Shown here: positions 9,539-18,871 of the stretch, in pieces
Layout: each line of letters begins with the position of its first letter
Position numbering within the stretch: the first letter of the stretch is position 1
Assembly (NCBI GenBank): GCA_002328485.1
Contig: DCUF01000009.1
Coordinates: 1 to 48,453 of the forward strand
Direction: 5' to 3'
DNA: 48,453 bases
From: Deltaproteobacteria bacterium UBA2221
GTDB lineage: Bacteria > Desulfobacterota > Syntrophorhabdia > Syntrophorhabdales > WCHB1-27
Translations under genes and position numbers: made by a program
The notes under the pieces: generated by a model
Seen by the model: only the letters and a program-made list of their open reading frames with translations
Told to the model about the DNA's origin: nothing
Database searches by the model: none

Positions 9539-9943
9539 CTAAAGGTACGCGCCCCCGTTTTGGAGGCTGATACCCGTCATCTTCTCCAAAACCGCCTTCA
9601 CATCGCGAAGATCGCGGCCTCCACAACTAATGAATCTCGGCCTCATCGTATGGGCCATGGCGACAGTCTCTTTCTCGCCGTCAGGAAGGATCAGGATGGT
9701 CTTCAAATCTTCGAATAGAGACCACATGGCTTTGAGATCGAGAAGCTCCTGACGGGTCGCTGCAAGCAATACTGCCACGCCAATCTCTTCCCATCTATAC
9801 AGGAGCGTAGCCCTCACATCTTCCAACTGCCGAACGATGTGGACGGATGCACTCGCCCGTATCTTCCCTGCAAGCTCCTCAAGATGCTGCCCCGCAGTTC
9901 TATTTCCGGGAAGAATGCAAAACAGTATGGCCTTCTCAGACAT
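9539..9943 (-). CDS. hypothetical protein, degenerate receiver-like alpha/beta fold
   Basis: ATG 9943 with SD AGGGGG. Alternating hydrophobic strands and helices. Codirectional with rpoH. Confidence 0.6.
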   Translation of the reverse strand: MSEKAILFCILPGNRTAGQHLEELAGKIRASASVHIVRQLEDVRATLLYRWEEIGVAVLLAATRQELLDLKAMWSLFEDLKTILILPDGEKETVAMAHTMRPRFISCGGRDLRDVKAVLEKMTGISLQNGGAYL

Positions 9944-9956
9944 CAACCCCCTGATA

Positions 9957-9971
9957 ACAAGAACCGTGCCA
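9957..9971 (-). promoter_or_regulatory. sigma54-type promoter
   Basis: Minus strand reads TGGCACGGTTCTTGT; the consensus is TGGCACG-N4-TTGC. Confidence 0.5.
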
Positions 9972-10231
9972 TTGTAAAGCAGTGTCGCAGCATACACTTA
10001 GTCATTGAAAATACTACTGTTTCTACAGGAAGGTCCCGTACCATCTTCAGCCTTCTGAAGCCGTTTTTCCGGAAAACAGGAACTCTTTCCTTTTGACAGG
10101 ATTCAGACCCTCGCAAGGAGGGCGGGGGAGGCGTCAGAATACGATGCTGAGGGGATAGAACCTCATGGAAGGAGCCACATATCCGTGATATACTAGCCTC
10201 TTGGACCCCTTCCCCGATCAGGAATTCCCGC

Positions 10232-10588
10232 ATGCATGAGCTGGCGATCACCCAGAACATCGTGGCCCTTGTGGTCAACGCCTCCCCTCACAGACCCATA
10301 AAGGTGATAACACTGAAGGTCGGCGAGCTGTCCGGGGTACAGGAGGAAGCCATCAGATTTTGCTTCGATGTCGTCTCAAAAAGGACCATGGCTGAAGGCG
10401 CGCGGCTGGATATTGTCCCTGTGCCGGCGCTACTTCGATGCCGAAAGTGTTTCCTGGAATTCCTCCTGAATGACAAGTGGGCATGCCCATCCTGCGCCGC
10501 CATCGGCGGAGATGTATTGAGTGGTAAAGAGTTCTTCGTCGAAAGCATAGAGGTTGAAGACGAAAGGGAAGAAAACGCTCTTGGATAA
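10232..10588 (+). CDS. hypA: hydrogenase nickel metallochaperone HypA
   Basis: MHE start, VGELSGV, CxxC...CPxC, GKEF. Confidence 0.95.
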   Translation: MHELAITQNIVALVVNASPHRPIKVITLKVGELSGVQEEAIRFCFDVVSKRTMAEGARLDIVPVPALLRCRKCFLEFLLNDKWACPSCAAIGGDVLSGKEFFVESIEVEDEREENALG

Positions 10589-12860
10589 ATCTTGCAAGGC
10601 AAGACATATCACGGTCCAAGGGATTGTCCAGGGGGTCGGCTTCAGACCTTTCGTCTACAGGCTGGCCGTAGAGAATGATCTTAAAGGTTTCGTTCTAAAT
10701 CTCTCAAGTGGTGTTGAGATCCATATCGAAGGCCTTTCGGGAAACGTGGAAGCCTTCCTTGACCGCTTTAAGGGAGAGGCGCCGCCCATCGCCCACATAG
10801 CCCACCTTGAGGTAGAAGATGAGGCCATCCGCGGATACACCCATTTCGAGATCCGGCAAAGCCAAAGAGACGAAGGGTATCAGCACATCTCGCCGGACAT
10901 CGCCACCTGCCCGGAGTGTTTGAGGGAACTCTTTGATCCATCCGATCGTCGATACCGTTACCCCTTCATCAATTGTACCAACTGCGGACCCCGGTTCACG
11001 ATAATACAGGACATCCCCTACGACCGGCCCCTCACAACAATGGCCGGGTTTACCATGTGCCCCCAGTGCCGAGCTGAGTATGAAAACCCCCTCGACAGAC
11101 GGTTTCACGCCCAGCCGAACGCCTGTCCGGTATGCGGACCCAGGGTTTGGCTCACCGATCATAAGGGGAAAGCCGTCAACTGCACCGATGTCATCCGGCA
11201 CGCCTCATCTCTTCTGTGCGACGGCAAGATCGTTGCCATAAAAGGCCTTGGGGGCTTTCTCCTCGCTTGCGATGCAACCAACCCTGCCGCCGTCTCAACC
11301 TTGAGGGATCGCAAGGCCAGAAGGGATAAGCCCTTCGCGGTGATGGTGAAAAATCTTGAGGAACTTCGCCGGTTCTGTAGGTTCGACAGCGCAGAGGCCA
11401 AGATCCTGTCATCACCTCAGGCGCCGATCGTCCTGCTCAGACTAAAACCTGGGTGTACCATCGCGCCTCAGGTTGCGCCGAAGAACAACTATCTCGGCGC
11501 TATGCTTCCCTACACGCCGATCCACCATCTGCTCATCTCCGAGGCCGGAATCCCCCTCGTCATGACCAGCGGCAACCTGACTGAAGAGCCCATAGCCGCA
11601 GCCAACGGGGAAGCCATGGAACGCCTCTCCAATCTGGCGGATTATTTCCTGTTTCATGATCGCGACATCCACTCTCGGTACGACGACAGCGTGGTCTTCG
11701 TCAGCGAAGGTACGGCACAACCGGTGAGACGGGCCCGAAGCCTCGCACCTTACCCGATAAGGCTTCCTGTGACGAGCAGGCCCCTCTTGGCCACAGGGGC
11801 GCAGGAAAAAAGCGCCTTCTGCCTCGCAAAGGATACCTACGGCTTTCTCAGCCAGCATATTGGAGATCTCGATAACATCGAGACAATAGAACATTACGAA
11901 CAGACGGTAGACCTCTATAAGCGTCTCTTTCGGGTGGAACCAGCCGCAGTTGCTCATGACATGCATCCGGACTATCTGTCCACCAGATACGCCTTGCGTC
12001 ATAAGGACCGTCTTCCCCTGATCGCCGTACAGCACCATCACGCCCACGTGGCCGCCTGCATGGCAGATAACGGGATCCCGGGCAGGGTTATCGGCATCGC
12101 CTTTGATGGCTCAGGGTACGGGCCTGACGGCACCGTATGGGGAGGCGAATTCCTTGTTGCCGGTTACGAGCGGTTCGAGCGTTTCGGGCACTTCCAGCAG
12201 TTGCCCATGCCCGGCGGCGAGCTTGCCATTCGGAAGCCCTACCGGTTGGCCATAGCGTACCTCCGGGCCCTCCTCGGGTCTCTGCCTGCCCTCCCTTTTG
12301 CAGAAGCCCTTCCCGCGACCGAGGTCAACATAATACTCCGGCAGGGGGAGCAACGGATAAACACGCCCCTTACCTCGTCTTGCGGCAGATTGTTCGATGC
12401 CGTCTCGGCGCTTTTGGGCGTCTGCCAGACCATAACCTTTGAAGGCCAGGCCGCGGTGGAACTGGAAATGTCTTCGGCTTCAACGGGCTCCGATGAGTCC
12501 TTTCCCTATTATGTCGAGCTCGCCGACGGTGTATGGCAGGTTCACGTAGGGCCCATGTTTGAGGCGATTGTTCATCAGATCGCCGGCGGCGTCCCCACCT
12601 CGCGGTTGGCTGAAACCTTTCACACCACGGTGGCGTCCGTTGCCGCCTCCGTTGCCTCCCTTATCCACCAGGAGACAGGAATCCGCGACGTGGTTCTCAC
12701 GGGAGGCTGTTTTCAGAACCGCCTGCTCCTTGAGAAAACGATCCGTTCGGTTAGGAGAATAGGCCTGAACGTATTCGTTCACCGACAGGTGCCCTGCAAC
12801 GATGGCGGTGTCGCTCTCGGTCAGGCCGTAGTTGCAGCCTCGGTATTGGCCTCCTCCTAA
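10554..12860 (+). CDS. hypF: carbamoyltransferase HypF
   Basis: GIVQGVGFRPF acylphosphatase domain, two zinc fingers, QHHHAH, NDGGVALGQ. Start could be TTG 10581. Confidence 0.96.
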   Translation: MKTKGKKTLLDKSCKARHITVQGIVQGVGFRPFVYRLAVENDLKGFVLNLSSGVEIHIEGLSGNVEAFLDRFKGEAPPIAHIAHLEVEDEAIRGYTHFEIRQSQRDEGYQHISPDIATCPECLRELFDPSDRRYRYPFINCTNCGPRFTIIQDIPYDRPLTTMAGFTMCPQCRAEYENPLDRRFHAQPNACPVCGPRVWLTDHKGKAVNCTDVIRHASSLLCDGKIVAIKGLGGFLLACDATNPAAVSTLRDRKARRDKPFAVMVKNLEELRRFCRFDSAEAKILSSPQAPIVLLRLKPGCTIAPQVAPKNNYLGAMLPYTPIHHLLISEAGIPLVMTSGNLTEEPIAAANGEAMERLSNLADYFLFHDRDIHSRYDDSVVFVSEGTAQPVRRARSLAPYPIRLPVTSRPLLATGAQEKSAFCLAKDTYGFLSQHIGDLDNIETIEHYEQTVDLYKRLFRVEPAAVAHDMHPDYLSTRYALRHKDRLPLIAVQHHHAHVAACMADNGIPGRVIGIAFDGSGYGPDGTVWGGEFLVAGYERFERFGHFQQLPMPGGELAIRKPYRLAIAYLRALLGSLPALPFAEALPATEVNIILRQGEQRINTPLTSSCGRLFDAVSALLGVCQTITFEGQAAVELEMSSASTGSDESFPYYVELADGVWQVHVGPMFEAIVHQIAGGVPTSRLAETFHTTVASVAASVASLIHQETGIRDVVLTGGCFQNRLLLEKTIRSVRRIGLNVFVHRQVPCNDGGVALGQAVVAASVLASS

Positions 12861-12917
12861 GCATGTCGGCAGGCCCTCGGATGATCAACGCGTCAGTCTG
12901 CCTTCCGATCCGGACTC

Positions 12918-12946
12918 TTGAGCCCCTATCGGCGATGCTGTATACT
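12918..12946 (+). promoter_or_regulatory. sigma70 promoter directly before hypC
   Basis: TTGAGC-17 bp-TATACT, with the ATG 5 nt after the -10. Confidence 0.5.
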
Positions 12947-12951
12947 AAGGC

Positions 12952-13179
12952 ATGTGTTTGGCTGTTCCTGCACGCATCACAAAGATAGAAGGCGCCATGG
13001 CTGAGGCCGAACTGGGGGGCATCACCAAGCAGGTAAGCGTCCTCTTCACCCCGGACGTCAAGATAGGCGACTACGTGGTGATGCACGCCGGTTATGCCAT
13101 CAACATCCTCGACCAACAGGAGGCTGAGGCCACCTTTCGACTTCTCGAAGAGGTAATGGGCAGCGATGAGGACGCTTAA
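12952..13179 (+). CDS. hypC: hydrogenase assembly chaperone HypC
   Basis: MCLAVP, GDYVVMHAGYA. Confidence 0.96.
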   Translation: MCLAVPARITKIEGAMAEAELGGITKQVSVLFTPDVKIGDYVVMHAGYAINILDQQEAEATFRLLEEVMGSDEDA

Positions 13180-14245
13180 CGCCTTTCGAAGCCCTGACCT
13201 CATCCGCAGACTTGTTGACGATATTGCCCATCTTACTGAACATCCAATAAAGATCATGGAGTTTTGCGGGACCCATACCCATGCGATCTCTCGGTATGGG
13301 CTTCGCCAGATCCTCCCTGAACGGGTCTCCCTGTTTTCGGGACCCGGCTGTCCGGTCTGCGTGACCAGTCAGGCCGACATTGATCATGCCATCGCCCTTT
13401 CGGCCATACCGGACGTGATCATCACCACCTTCGGGGATCTCTTAAAGGTGCCAGGCAGTCAGGGAAGCCTGGAGGTGGCTCGGGCCAGGGGTGCTCGGGT
13501 GGAGATTGTCTATTCGCCCCTTGACGCGCTCAAAATCGCCCTAAACCATCCTAAACAGGCCGTGATCTTTCTCGGCATTGGGTTTGAAACCACAGCACCG
13601 ACGGTGGCAGCTTCAATCCTGGAGGCAGAGAAGAACAGCCTCGACAATTACTTCGTCTATTCCATGCACAAGGTCACCCCCCCGGCCATGCGGGCCATTC
13701 TGGATATGGGTGAATTGGGTTTGGATGGGGTCCTGTGTCCCGGTCACGTAAGTGCCGTGGTGGGCTGGAAGGCTTGGGAATTCTTGCCGAGGGATTACGG
13801 TGTAGCCGCCGCCGTGGGAGGGTTCGAGCCGGTTGACGTGCTCTGGTCGGTCCGATCCATCATCCTCCAGCACGAAGAGGGCATCCCTCAGGTGGCAAAT
13901 ACGTACCCCAGAACCGTGCAGGCCGAGGGGAATGTGAAGGCTCAGGAGATTATGGACCAGGTCTTTGGTATATCGGGCGCTCTGTGGCGCGGTATCGGCG
14001 AAATCCCCCGGAGCGGTCTCATGTTCAGGAAGACATACAGACGGTTTGACGCACGCTCTGTCTTTCGCGTCAACCCAGGCAAAACGGCAGATACCGAGGG
14101 ATGTAGCTGCGGAGAGGTGATACGGGGCGTGACAAAACCCGTTGACTGCCCGCTGTTCCGCTCTGTGTGCACCCCGACTCATCCGGTCGGTCCCTGCATG
14201 GTTTCCACGGAAGGAACGTGTGCTGCCTACTATTTGTACGGATAG
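13166..14245 (+). CDS. hypD: hydrogenase formation protein HypD
   Basis: MEFCGTHT, GPGCPVCVT, GFETT, PGHVS, GPCMVSTEGTC. Confidence 0.97.
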   Translation: MRTLNAFRSPDLIRRLVDDIAHLTEHPIKIMEFCGTHTHAISRYGLRQILPERVSLFSGPGCPVCVTSQADIDHAIALSAIPDVIITTFGDLLKVPGSQGSLEVARARGARVEIVYSPLDALKIALNHPKQAVIFLGIGFETTAPTVAASILEAEKNSLDNYFVYSMHKVTPPAMRAILDMGELGLDGVLCPGHVSAVVGWKAWEFLPRDYGVAAAVGGFEPVDVLWSVRSIILQHEEGIPQVANTYPRTVQAEGNVKAQEIMDQVFGISGALWRGIGEIPRSGLMFRKTYRRFDARSVFRVNPGKTADTEGCSCGEVIRGVTKPVDCPLFRSVCTPTHPVGPCMVSTEGTCAAYYLYG

Positions 14246-14263
14246 AAGAGAGGATTCCAGACG

Positions 14264-15274
14264 GTGAGCGATGACATTATTCTCCTTGCCCACGGAAGTG
14301 GCGGCGGGTTAAGCCAGGAGCTGATACGTCGTGCTTTCGTCAGCCATTTTGACAACCAGATCTTATCTCGACTGGAGGATGCCTCCGTTTTTGCTGCCGA
14401 AGGCTCCCGGTTGGCCTTTACGACAGACAGTTATGTCGTAAAACCCCTGTTCTTCCCCGGTGGCGATATCGGGCGTCTTTCGGTCTGCGGAACGGTGAAC
14501 GACCTTTCGATGATGGGGGCAACCCCTCTCTATCTGAGCGCAGGCTTCATCCTTGAGGAAGGGCTGCGGTTGGACGATTTGGAAAGGATCGTTATGTCCA
14601 TGAGCAAGGCCGCGGCAGAGGCAGGCGTTAAGATCATCTGCGGCGATACCAAGGTGGTGGAGAAAAAGGCGGCCGACGGGATCTTTATCAATACAGCCGG
14701 CATCGGCTTCGTCCGAGATGACCTTCACATATCGATTGTAAATAGTCGTCCGAGTGATGTGGTTCTCGTAAGCGGCACCATTGGCGACCACGGGATCACG
14801 ATCATGAGTCAGCGCGAGGGGCTTCAGTTCCAGTCTGATATGACAAGTGACGCGGCCCCCCTCAACCACCTGGTGCGTGACATGCTGGGCGCCACAAACC
14901 AGATCCACACAATGCGAGATCCCACGAGAGGCGGATTGGCCACGACACTGAATGAGATCGCCGTGAGTTCCGGGGTTGGTGTGGAGGTCGAAGAGGACCA
15001 GATCCCTGTTCTCGAGGGGGTTGCATGGGCATGCGAAATGCTCGGCCTCGACCCCCTGTATCTGGCAAACGAAGGCAAGCTCGTTGCCACGGTTGCCGAG
15101 GCCGACTCGGACCGGGTTCTTGCAGCTATGCGAGGCAATGTCCTGGGAGCCAGGGCAACCGTGATCGGAAGAATCACGGAAGACCACCCAGGACGGGTCG
15201 TTATCAAGAATTCGTTCGGCGCCAAGAGGATTCTATCGGTTTTGGCGGGAGATCAGTTCCCCCGTATCTGTTAG
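14264..15274 (+). CDS. hypE: hydrogenase maturation protein HypE
   Basis: AHGSGG, TTDSYVV, GDTKVV, RDPTRGG, C-terminal PRIC. Confidence 0.97.
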   Translation: MSDDIILLAHGSGGGLSQELIRRAFVSHFDNQILSRLEDASVFAAEGSRLAFTTDSYVVKPLFFPGGDIGRLSVCGTVNDLSMMGATPLYLSAGFILEEGLRLDDLERIVMSMSKAAAEAGVKIICGDTKVVEKKAADGIFINTAGIGFVRDDLHISIVNSRPSDVVLVSGTIGDHGITIMSQREGLQFQSDMTSDAAPLNHLVRDMLGATNQIHTMRDPTRGGLATTLNEIAVSSGVGVEVEEDQIPVLEGVAWACEMLGLDPLYLANEGKLVATVAEADSDRVLAAMRGNVLGARATVIGRITEDHPGRVVIKNSFGAKRILSVLAGDQFPRIC

Positions 15275-15280
15275 GTCTCG

Positions 15281-15309
15281 TTGACAGGGGCTCGGCCATG
15301 TGGTATAGA
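15281..15309 (+). promoter_or_regulatory. sigma70 promoter with extended -10
   Basis: TTGACA-17 bp-TATAGA preceded by TG; the ATG lies 8 nt later. Confidence 0.6.
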
Positions 15310-15317
15310 ACAACCTC

Positions 15318-16529
15318 ATGTCCGAGCCCCTCATCAAACCGTTTAAGGCTCTCCTCTATGAACCTTCGAGAATAGGTGACATAGGACAGTGCGTTTGCCC
15401 GCCCTACGACATCATCTCTGATCCTTCGCCGTATTATAGCCGCAGCCCTTACAACACCATCAACCTCGAGGTGCCGTTCGAAAAGAACGGCATCACTAAG
15501 TACGACATGGCCGCGCAAACCCTGGAACAGTGGCTGGCTCAGGGCATAGTCAAATACGATCAGAGGGAGACCATCTACCTGTACGAACAGGAGTTCTCGG
15601 TAGGTGGTAAAAACTATGTAAGAAAGGGCATCATACCTCTGGTTCGGTTGGATCGAGAACGGATACTGACCCATGAGGAAACCAGAAGGGAGGCAAGGGA
15701 GGACCGGGAGAGGCTGATCGGTACTATGAAAACCTATACGAGCCTTATCTTCTCCCTTTATGAGGACCGCCAGGACAAGATCGCCGAGGCCCTTTCCTCA
15801 TGTCAAAAGGAGAAGATCTACGACTTCGTGGATGAGTTGGCCATAACCAACAGATTTTACCGGATGAGTAAGGCATCTGAGATAGAACAGGTGGCCCGGT
15901 TGCTCGATAGCGAAGATCTGTATATCGCAGACGGACACCACCGTCTTTCCGTGGCCTTTAAGTTGGGTCTTCCCTACGTAGCCATATTCCTAAGCCCCAT
16001 GCACCAGGAGGGGATAGTTATCCTGCCCTACCACCGGACGGTCAAACTAAAAAGACCGAGGTCCTTGGATGAACTGCTGAGGGCGGTGGAGCCCTATTTC
16101 GTCGTTGAGCGACAACCCCTTTCGACTATTGCCGCGGCGACGGAGCGGATCGCAGGGGAGACTTCCCCCGCCTATATCCTGTACCCTCATGCAGATCCGT
16201 CGAATCTCTATCTTCTGACCCAAAAGGTACCCTTCTTCGTTGACCCGGCGGTTCCTCAGACGCTGAGAGAGCTAAAGGTAAATATCGGCCACGCAGGGGT
16301 GTTGAAAGGTCTTCTCGGCGTTGCCGACGATGAATTTTCGTTTACCAACGAGGCGAACGAGGCCGTCGATGAGACCCGGAAAGGGATCTTCGACTTTGCC
16401 TTCCTTGTCCCTCCTACAACCGTGGGAGAGGTGAAAGGCGTTGCAGACCATCATCTCTACATGCCTCCAAAATCCACCTATTTTTACCCCAAAATACTCT
16501 CCGGTCTCGTCTTTTACAAATATGCCTGA
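15318..16529 (+). CDS. DUF1015 family protein
   Basis: PF..L, PPYDII, HEET, YIADGHHR, MPPKSTYFYPK. Confidence 0.9.
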   Translation: MSEPLIKPFKALLYEPSRIGDIGQCVCPPYDIISDPSPYYSRSPYNTINLEVPFEKNGITKYDMAAQTLEQWLAQGIVKYDQRETIYLYEQEFSVGGKNYVRKGIIPLVRLDRERILTHEETRREAREDRERLIGTMKTYTSLIFSLYEDRQDKIAEALSSCQKEKIYDFVDELAITNRFYRMSKASEIEQVARLLDSEDLYIADGHHRLSVAFKLGLPYVAIFLSPMHQEGIVILPYHRTVKLKRPRSLDELLRAVEPYFVVERQPLSTIAAATERIAGETSPAYILYPHADPSNLYLLTQKVPFFVDPAVPQTLRELKVNIGHAGVLKGLLGVADDEFSFTNEANEAVDETRKGIFDFAFLVPPTTVGEVKGVADHHLYMPPKSTYFYPKILSGLVFYKYA

Positions 16530-17244
16530 TTCGATAGGTCCTGACGAAACCCTGGACGTGTTATGCGGCGAAAAGCTGCGACTGGTCCAGAGGAAGAAAG
16601 GGTATCGTTTTTCCATAGACTCGCTGTTCCTCGCAAATTTTGTCCACCTAAACAGACACGAAAGATTGTTGGACGTGGGCACCGGCTGTGGTATCATTCC
16701 CATATATCTGTCGATAATGGGCTACGGCAACCCCCTTGTCGGCATCGAGATCCAGGAGTGTCTCTTTGATCTGGCGGTCAGAAATCAGCTATTGAACGGA
16801 TGTGACAACGTCCAGTTTGTACGGGGGGATGTCAATTCCTTTCGGTTCCCCCACGGATTTCATGCCGTCGTTTCGAATCCTCCCTACGTCAGGGAGAGTA
16901 CCGGGCGTAAGAGTCCGACCGCAGAGAGGCTTCTCGCCCGTCATGAGTCGCTTCTGAAACTGCCCGCGCTTCTCGGGGCCGCGTCTTCCTCTCTTCTCGG
17001 GAAAAAGGGTCGGCTCTATATCATCTACCCGGTGTCCCGCCTTGCCGAGGTGCTGGCAGAGTCTCGGGCCAGAGGCCTGGAGCCCCGGAGGCTTCGCTTT
17101 ATCCACTCCCGGGAGGGGGAACGGGCCCGTCTCTTCCTCCTTGAATGCATGCGAGAAGGCGGCGTTGAGGTTAAAGTCGAAAAGCCGCTCTATGTTTTTT
17201 CCGGAGACCGATACACCGAAGAGGTTCAGGCATACTACCGTTAA
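16522..17244 (+). CDS. tRNA1(Val) adenine(37)-N6-methyltransferase family (TrmN6/YfiC-like)
   Basis: GYRFSIDSLFLA, LDVGTGCG, SNPPY, ARHE. Confidence 0.85.
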   Translation: MPDSIGPDETLDVLCGEKLRLVQRKKGYRFSIDSLFLANFVHLNRHERLLDVGTGCGIIPIYLSIMGYGNPLVGIEIQECLFDLAVRNQLLNGCDNVQFVRGDVNSFRFPHGFHAVVSNPPYVRESTGRKSPTAERLLARHESLLKLPALLGAASSSLLGKKGRLYIIYPVSRLAEVLAESRARGLEPRRLRFIHSREGERARLFLLECMREGGVEVKVEKPLYVFSGDRYTEEVQAYYR

Positions 17245-17261
17245 AAGGGCATGGGGTACAG

Positions 17262-18230
17262 ATGGAAAATATAGCGAAACTGATCGGTGACGACCTTCAG
17301 AGGCTGGAAGAATCAATCGATAAACTCCTCACTACGAGGGTTTCCTTCATCCGAGAGGTGGTGCACCATATCATAAAATCGGGCGGCAAGAGAATCAGGC
17401 CCATCCTGGTCATCCTCTCGGCAAAGATGAGCGGTTGCGCCGATTACAGACACATTCCTTACGCCGCTATTGTGGAATTCATTCACACGGCCACGCTGCT
17501 CCACGACGATGTCGTGGATAACGCGAAGACAAGAAGGGGTTCTCCGACGGCCAATACGCTGTGGGGTAACGAACCGAGCGTTCTCGTGGGCGATTTTCTC
17601 TTCTCAAAATCCTTCGATCTCATGGTCTCCGATCAGAACTCAGCGGTGCTCGCCGTGATGTCAAGGGTCACCACAGCCTTGGCGGAAGGGGAGATTATGG
17701 AACTCCTGAAGACCTCCGATGTGGAGACAACCGAGGACGACTACTACGAGATTATAGCGAACAAGACAGCGGTCCTTCTTTCAGCGGCCTGCGAGGTAGG
17801 CGCGATACTGGGAGGGGTTGATCAGGACAAGCGGAAGGCCTTGAATAGATTCGGCTATCACTTCGGTATGGCCTTCCAATTAACCGATGATGTTCTCGAT
17901 TACGTGTCAAAAGGAACAACCCTCGGAAAAGACGCGGGAAGCGATCTCAAGGAAGGCAAGATAACGCTCCCTCTTATACATGCTCTGAAATCTGCCACCC
18001 CCGAGGAACGTACGGTTGTGACCGACAGCATAAACAAACCCCGTATGACACAGAAGGATTATCGAAAAATTCTTAACATGATCAAAAGGCGGGGAGGGAT
18101 CGAATACACCGTCCAAGCCTCCAAAAACCATGCCGAACAGGCTATGTCCTTCCTGAACGCGTTCCCCCCTTCCCCCTACCGGGACGCAATGACAGGGCTT
18201 GCTCAGTATGTGACAAAGAGAGAGACCTAA
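17262..18230 (+). CDS. ispB: polyprenyl (octaprenyl-type) diphosphate synthase
   Basis: GGKRIRP, first Asp-rich motif HDDVVD, RRG, KTA, second Asp-rich motif FQLTDDVLD, GK...DLKEGK. Confidence 0.88.
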   Translation: MENIAKLIGDDLQRLEESIDKLLTTRVSFIREVVHHIIKSGGKRIRPILVILSAKMSGCADYRHIPYAAIVEFIHTATLLHDDVVDNAKTRRGSPTANTLWGNEPSVLVGDFLFSKSFDLMVSDQNSAVLAVMSRVTTALAEGEIMELLKTSDVETTEDDYYEIIANKTAVLLSAACEVGAILGGVDQDKRKALNRFGYHFGMAFQLTDDVLDYVSKGTTLGKDAGSDLKEGKITLPLIHALKSATPEERTVVTDSINKPRMTQKDYRKILNMIKRRGGIEYTVQASKNHAEQAMSFLNAFPPSPYRDAMTGLAQYVTKRET

Positions 18231-18369
18231 CCGGCTATTCCGCACCCGGGAGCGCCAGTTCGATAGCTCACCCAAGTACTCGCATTGGTGCAAGGGTTCG
18301 CCCGCCCTGTTGAAGCGCCCGCCGTCTTTCATCCTTAACTTTGACATCGCCAGCCGGAACAATCACCCC

Positions 18370-18416
18370 TTGACAAGGGTCGGCTTCATGATTTAAATAA
18401 AAATGGTTTCTATTTA
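18370..18416 (+). promoter_or_regulatory. promoter (-35 TTGACA) overlapped by a Zur/Fur-type operator at 18394-18416
   Basis: TAAATAAAAAT-G-GTTTCTATTTA is an 11-1-11 inverted repeat (9/11 match) covering the -10 region. Confidence 0.7.
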
Positions 18417-18430
18417 CGAGACGGTTTCCC

Positions 18431-18871
18431 GTGAACCACGACTTCCGAGAAGAACTGAAAACACTCGGGCTGAAAGCTACCCCCCGAAGGCTGGCCATAC
18501 TCCAAGCCCTGGCGGGTTCCTCCATCTATTTGAGCGCGGAGGAGGTCTGGGCCAAGGTAAAGGAGGGATCGCGAGAGGCAGGACTCCCGACCATCTATCG
18601 TAATCTTGAGGAACTTGCCGCGGGAGGCCTCCTCTCAAAGGTCCTGCATCCCGACAGGAAACTCTATTACTACCTGTGCCAGAACAAGGGACATCACCAT
18701 CATTTTGTCTGTATTGCCTGTCGCAGGGTTGAGGACATCGGGACCTGTGCCCTCGATGCAATCAGTCGGGAGATAAGGGAGACCTTTCGGGGGAAGGTAC
18801 TCTCCCACACCTTCCAGGTGGAAGGTCTCTGTGAAGACTGCTGTCATAAAGAGGAGATCAAAGATCGATGA
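18431..18871 (+). CDS. zur: Fur-family regulator, Zur-like
   Basis: KATPRR, TIYRNL, HHHHFVCIAC...GLCEDC; heads the znu operon. Confidence 0.85.
   Translation: MNHDFREELKTLGLKATPRRLAILQALAGSSIYLSAEEVWAKVKEGSREAGLPTIYRNLEELAAGGLLSKVLHPDRKLYYYLCQNKGHHHHFVCIACRRVEDIGTCALDAISREIRETFRGKVLSHTFQVEGLCEDCCHKEEIKDR

Noticed and set aside
10040-10180. Cluster of short hairpins upstream of hypA
   Set aside because: The stems are only 5-6 bp, match no riboswitch consensus I know, and lie upstream of the likely hypA -10 (TGATATACT).
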